NCBI GenBank assembly: GCA_047285535.1
Contig: JBJBDC010000001.1
Span: 2,961,340 to 3,025,339, forward strand
Reading direction: 5' to 3'
DNA from: Synechococcus sp.
Lineage (GTDB): Bacteria > Cyanobacteriota > Cyanobacteriia > PCC-6307 > Cyanobiaceae
Length of the DNA stretch: 64,000 nucleotides
Under the pieces are notes generated by a model, which was not told where the DNA came from, searched no databases, and saw only the letters and a list, made by a program, of their open reading frames with translations. Shown here one piece after another: positions 62,501 to 64,000 of this stretch (position 1 is its first letter; every line of letters begins with the position of its first letter). The translations under genes were made by a program, and so were the position numbers.

Positions 62501-64000
62501 ATCGACCACTTATTTGGTGGCGATGGCGATGACACCCTTTATTTAAACGTCGAAGATGCTGGCTTCGGGGGCAAAGGTAAAGACCTTCTAATTCGTACAG
62601 AGGGTACTGGTTTCCACGATGGTGGTCTTGATGACGACATTGTCCTCGCTGGCGACAGCATTGATGTTGTTCAAGGAGACTCTGGTGAAGCTTACGGTGA
62701 TCATGAGAATGGTAATGACAAACTGTTTGGCGGTAGGGGCTCAGACGAAGTTGCTGGTGAAGGTGGTCATGACCTCGTTGTAGGTGGTGAGTCTGGTCGT
62801 ATGAGTGAGGACAAGATTGGCGATCGTCTTTATGGTGATGCTGTCGCTCCTACACACAACGCAGAACTCCTTGCGCGTGCAATTCGCGATGAGAACGGAA
62901 CGATTGTCAATACAATTGTCCCTCTAAAGAGTGAGCTTGGTTACGGAGTTCTTGTTGGTGGTGTTAACCCATTAACCAATGAGATGTTTAGTGTTGCTGA
63001 AATTACTGAATTCCGTGCCTATATAGAGGGCCTACGGAAGGTTGTGGACGCTGATGATCCTGCTGGTCGTGGCCCACGACCCACAATGGTTGTGATGCCT
63101 TATGCAGGGCCTACAGGAAATGACACGATCTACACAGGACGCCACTCGGATATTCAGAATGAACTAGGCGAATACGTTGATCCTGATGATCTCATTTCTT
63201 GGATGCAGCGTAATGGCTACGCCGAAGCACCAGAAGCCGAAGCGGAAGCTCCAGTAGTCGAAGCTCCAGAAGTAGAAGCCCCTGTAGTGTTTGTTGAAGT
63301 TGAAGCCGATGCTGCAGCAGCAGAAGCCGATGCTCCAGCAGCAGAAGCCGAAGCACCAGAAGCCGAAGCACCAGAAGCTGAAGCACCAGAAGCTGAAGCA
63401 CCAGAAGCTGAAGTTGAAGTTGAAGATCTAACCCGCGCTACAGACCTAGTGTTTGCTGACGCAGGTGATGACAAGATCATCACCGATGGCGCCAATACTA
63501 CGTATGTATTTGGCGGCCAGGGTTATGACACTCTTGTCTCGAATCTCGATAGTTACGATTCGCCATTAGTCAAACTAGAAGAGGAAGCTGAAGAAGCCGA
63601 AGCACCAGAAGCTGAAGCTCCAGAAGCACCAGAAGCCGAAGCACCAGAAGCCGAAGCACCAGAAGCCGAAGCACCAGAAGCTGAAGCTTATGAAGAAGCT
63701 GAAGCCGAAGCACCAGAAGCCGAAGCACCAGAAGCTGAAGCACCAGAAGCCGAAGCACCAGAAGCTGAAGCACCAGAAGCTGAAGCACCAGAAGCTGAAG
63801 CCGAAGAAGCCGAAGAAGCTGAAGAAGCCGAAGCACCAGTCCCACCAGATTCGCTTCCATCAAATGGATTCGATTTCACTGGTGAAGAAGCCGAAGCCGA
63901 AGCCGAAGCACCAGAAGCCGAAGCTCCAGAAGCCGAAGCACCAGAAGCCGAAGCACCAGAAGCCGAAGCACCAGAAGCCGAAGCACCAGAAGCTGAAGCT
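59579..64000 (+). CDS. Giant heme peroxidase (peroxidase-cyclooxygenase superfamily) with RTX repeats, peroxicin-like; 3' end outside the window
   Basis: Not in the ORF track. GAGG RBS, ATG at 59579, frame open for 1474 codons. Motifs GQYIDHGLD (60149-60175), GDPRTNEN (60929-60952), AFRMGHSQI (61391-61417), GGLAE, then GGDGDD/GQDGND/GGRGSD repeats at about 62.4-62.85 kb. Confidence 0.92.
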   Translation, partial: MDDMDMMNPGMEAPEAEAPEMEAHEAEAAEAPEAEEAPDFENNSDRFDEDAFNDPARLNFGTDLSGLSIDATTILQQKFPFDRADLSMLLDKAVNGDVRQIAADPRTPFHRNIPVNNYPGPGDQTQGTIENAVAQSNDNNIPTPVDGYIQVLAPDGTAFPNSRQLSNTLGDQGDSFTPEESGYNNLFMGTGQYIDHGLDLIPKTPDPEQGGGKMEIFLPDNDILNGRGFDFSGNPVSKLSLLPRAKPDAGTDQPGQAEYTNSKTPFADQDQTYGASAMIHDLIREKDELGNYTINLLDNKKSNESALDVFNQYGAQQVDALASIYDVVVNSALAFGHENQQALQETIETVLANEEWQQADQVLRIWDEKVRAQDFSRNITGNPGMDSVELEGESFSVMGAIATLGEAQQALRDAIDTEHFKLDFIFNTLVGDASPLARYSPYSVLAHQVSGDPRTNENVQLSAISNVFAANHNDLAGQITDSLARIREAYSDEGAEIPVGLENVVALARGASFELSSGEIISNEQAIFDMARTVNNAAYQRMIYDQYVVHLAGGIHFGITSSQDKELMPNRDQILPQDINVNEHGFNGVNPEVNPQVSLGFAGSAFRMGHSQIYPDLNGIKAEMSEELLEFGETIERSLIEAFVQPTAIRKMGGSAGVLAQNASDRAMAIDTYVVDEVRNMLIGQPNDLLAFNSERQYDLGLATLQETRQVLSDLFRDTGVANAKGAGASDASAGVFENGTEHNELAERLKPYATWADFKANLRDESQAQLFMDQFGGPEAALDNDYGLVNIPLYIGGLAEKQTDTPNGEGRENSLMGEVFTFLITTAFDEFQDPDEEYYKISIPGSDILKQLGHQTWTPMIHTSLGLEGQVIHQDTFRVARTDVLEEGETELIAPEEHDFDGRAFNRIMYGNAEDNSIIGSDGTSSEIASSESYASDDIRAGAGDDYVDAYKGEDWVYGQDGNDTLKGGDDHNIDHLFGGDGDDTLYLNVEDAGFGGKGKDLLIRTEGTGFHDGGLDDDIVLAGDSIDVVQGDSGEAYGDHENGNDKLFGGRGSDEVAGEGGHDLVVGGESGRMSEDKIGDRLYGDAVAPTHNAELLARAIRDENGTIVNTIVPLKSELGYGVLVGGVNPLTNEMFSVAEITEFRAYIEGLRKVVDADDPAGRGPRPTMVVMPYAGPTGNDTIYTGRHSDIQNELGEYVDPDDLISWMQRNGYAEAPEAEAEAPVVEAPEVEAPVVFVEVEADAAAAEADAPAAEAEAPEAEAPEAEAPEAEAPEAEVEVEDLTRATDLVFADAGDDKIITDGANTTYVFGGQGYDTLVSNLDSYDSPLVKLEEEAEEAEAPEAEAPEAPEAEAPEAEAPEAEAPEAEAYEEAEAEAPEAEAPEAEAPEAEAPEAEAPEAEAPEAEAEEAEEAEEAEAPVPPDSLPSNGFDFTGEEAEAEAEAPEAEAPEAEAPEAEAPEAEAPEAEAPEAEA
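59609..59695 (+). repeat. N-terminal EAP/EAEAP repeat block
   Basis: GAAGCY...CCA units encoding MEAPEAEAPEMEAHEAEAAEAPEAEEAP. Confidence 0.85.
63221..64000 (+). repeat. 15-bp GAAGCYGAAGCACCA tandem arrays encoding (EAEAP)n
   Basis: Blocks at about 63221-63425, 63580-63840 and 63885-64000, separated by unique coding spacers. Confidence 0.95.

Larger units (their letters stand above)
55100..64000. mobile_element. AT-rich accessory island, continues beyond the window
   Basis: Composition shift after the argD start, long non-coding stretches and two large accessory genes; no mobility gene seen. Confidence 0.5.

Noticed and set aside
63192..63879. Minus-strand ORFs rich in SASGA or LLVLRL
   Set aside because: Antisense shadows of the plus-strand EAEAP repeat in the peroxidase gene
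63221..64000. Possible CRISPR array
   Set aside because: Head-to-tail 15-bp coding repeats with no unique spacers, and no cas genes in the window

Overview
This window is from a marine picocyanobacterial chromosome, most likely Synechococcus (chlG, petP, clpP/clpR, ycf81-like PIN/TRAM gene). Core blocks are dppC-trmH, rsmB-PBP1A-chlG-petP-hisF-menG, glyQ-comEC-tRNA-Ser, cbiB-ilvC-clpP-clpR, hemW-panB-ffs-ftsZ-ftsQ-ddl-miaB, epimerase-DUF1611-tRNA-His and codA-folC-argD. Four accessory regions interrupt them. (1) 1-9660: a type IV pilin locus with a major pilin, two minor-pilin sets, one OmpR-type regulator and two histidine kinases, one with a non-canonical HQ H-box. (2) About 19.9-23.3 kb: an AT-rich insert with an FkbM methyltransferase. 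(3) About 26.5-32.9 kb: an island after tRNA-Ser(CGA) with an AraC regulator, a beta-barrel gene, a decayed alpA, and a four-gene fimbrial-like operon (two paralogous subunits, a mini-chaperone and a small secreted protein) with no usher. (4) About 55.1 kb to the end: an island with a 771-aa repeat-bearing beta-helix-like protein and a >1474-aa heme peroxidase-RTX protein (peroxicin-like) with EAEAP repeats, which the ORF track missed because it runs off the window. All product calls come from reading motifs by eye; no searches were run.
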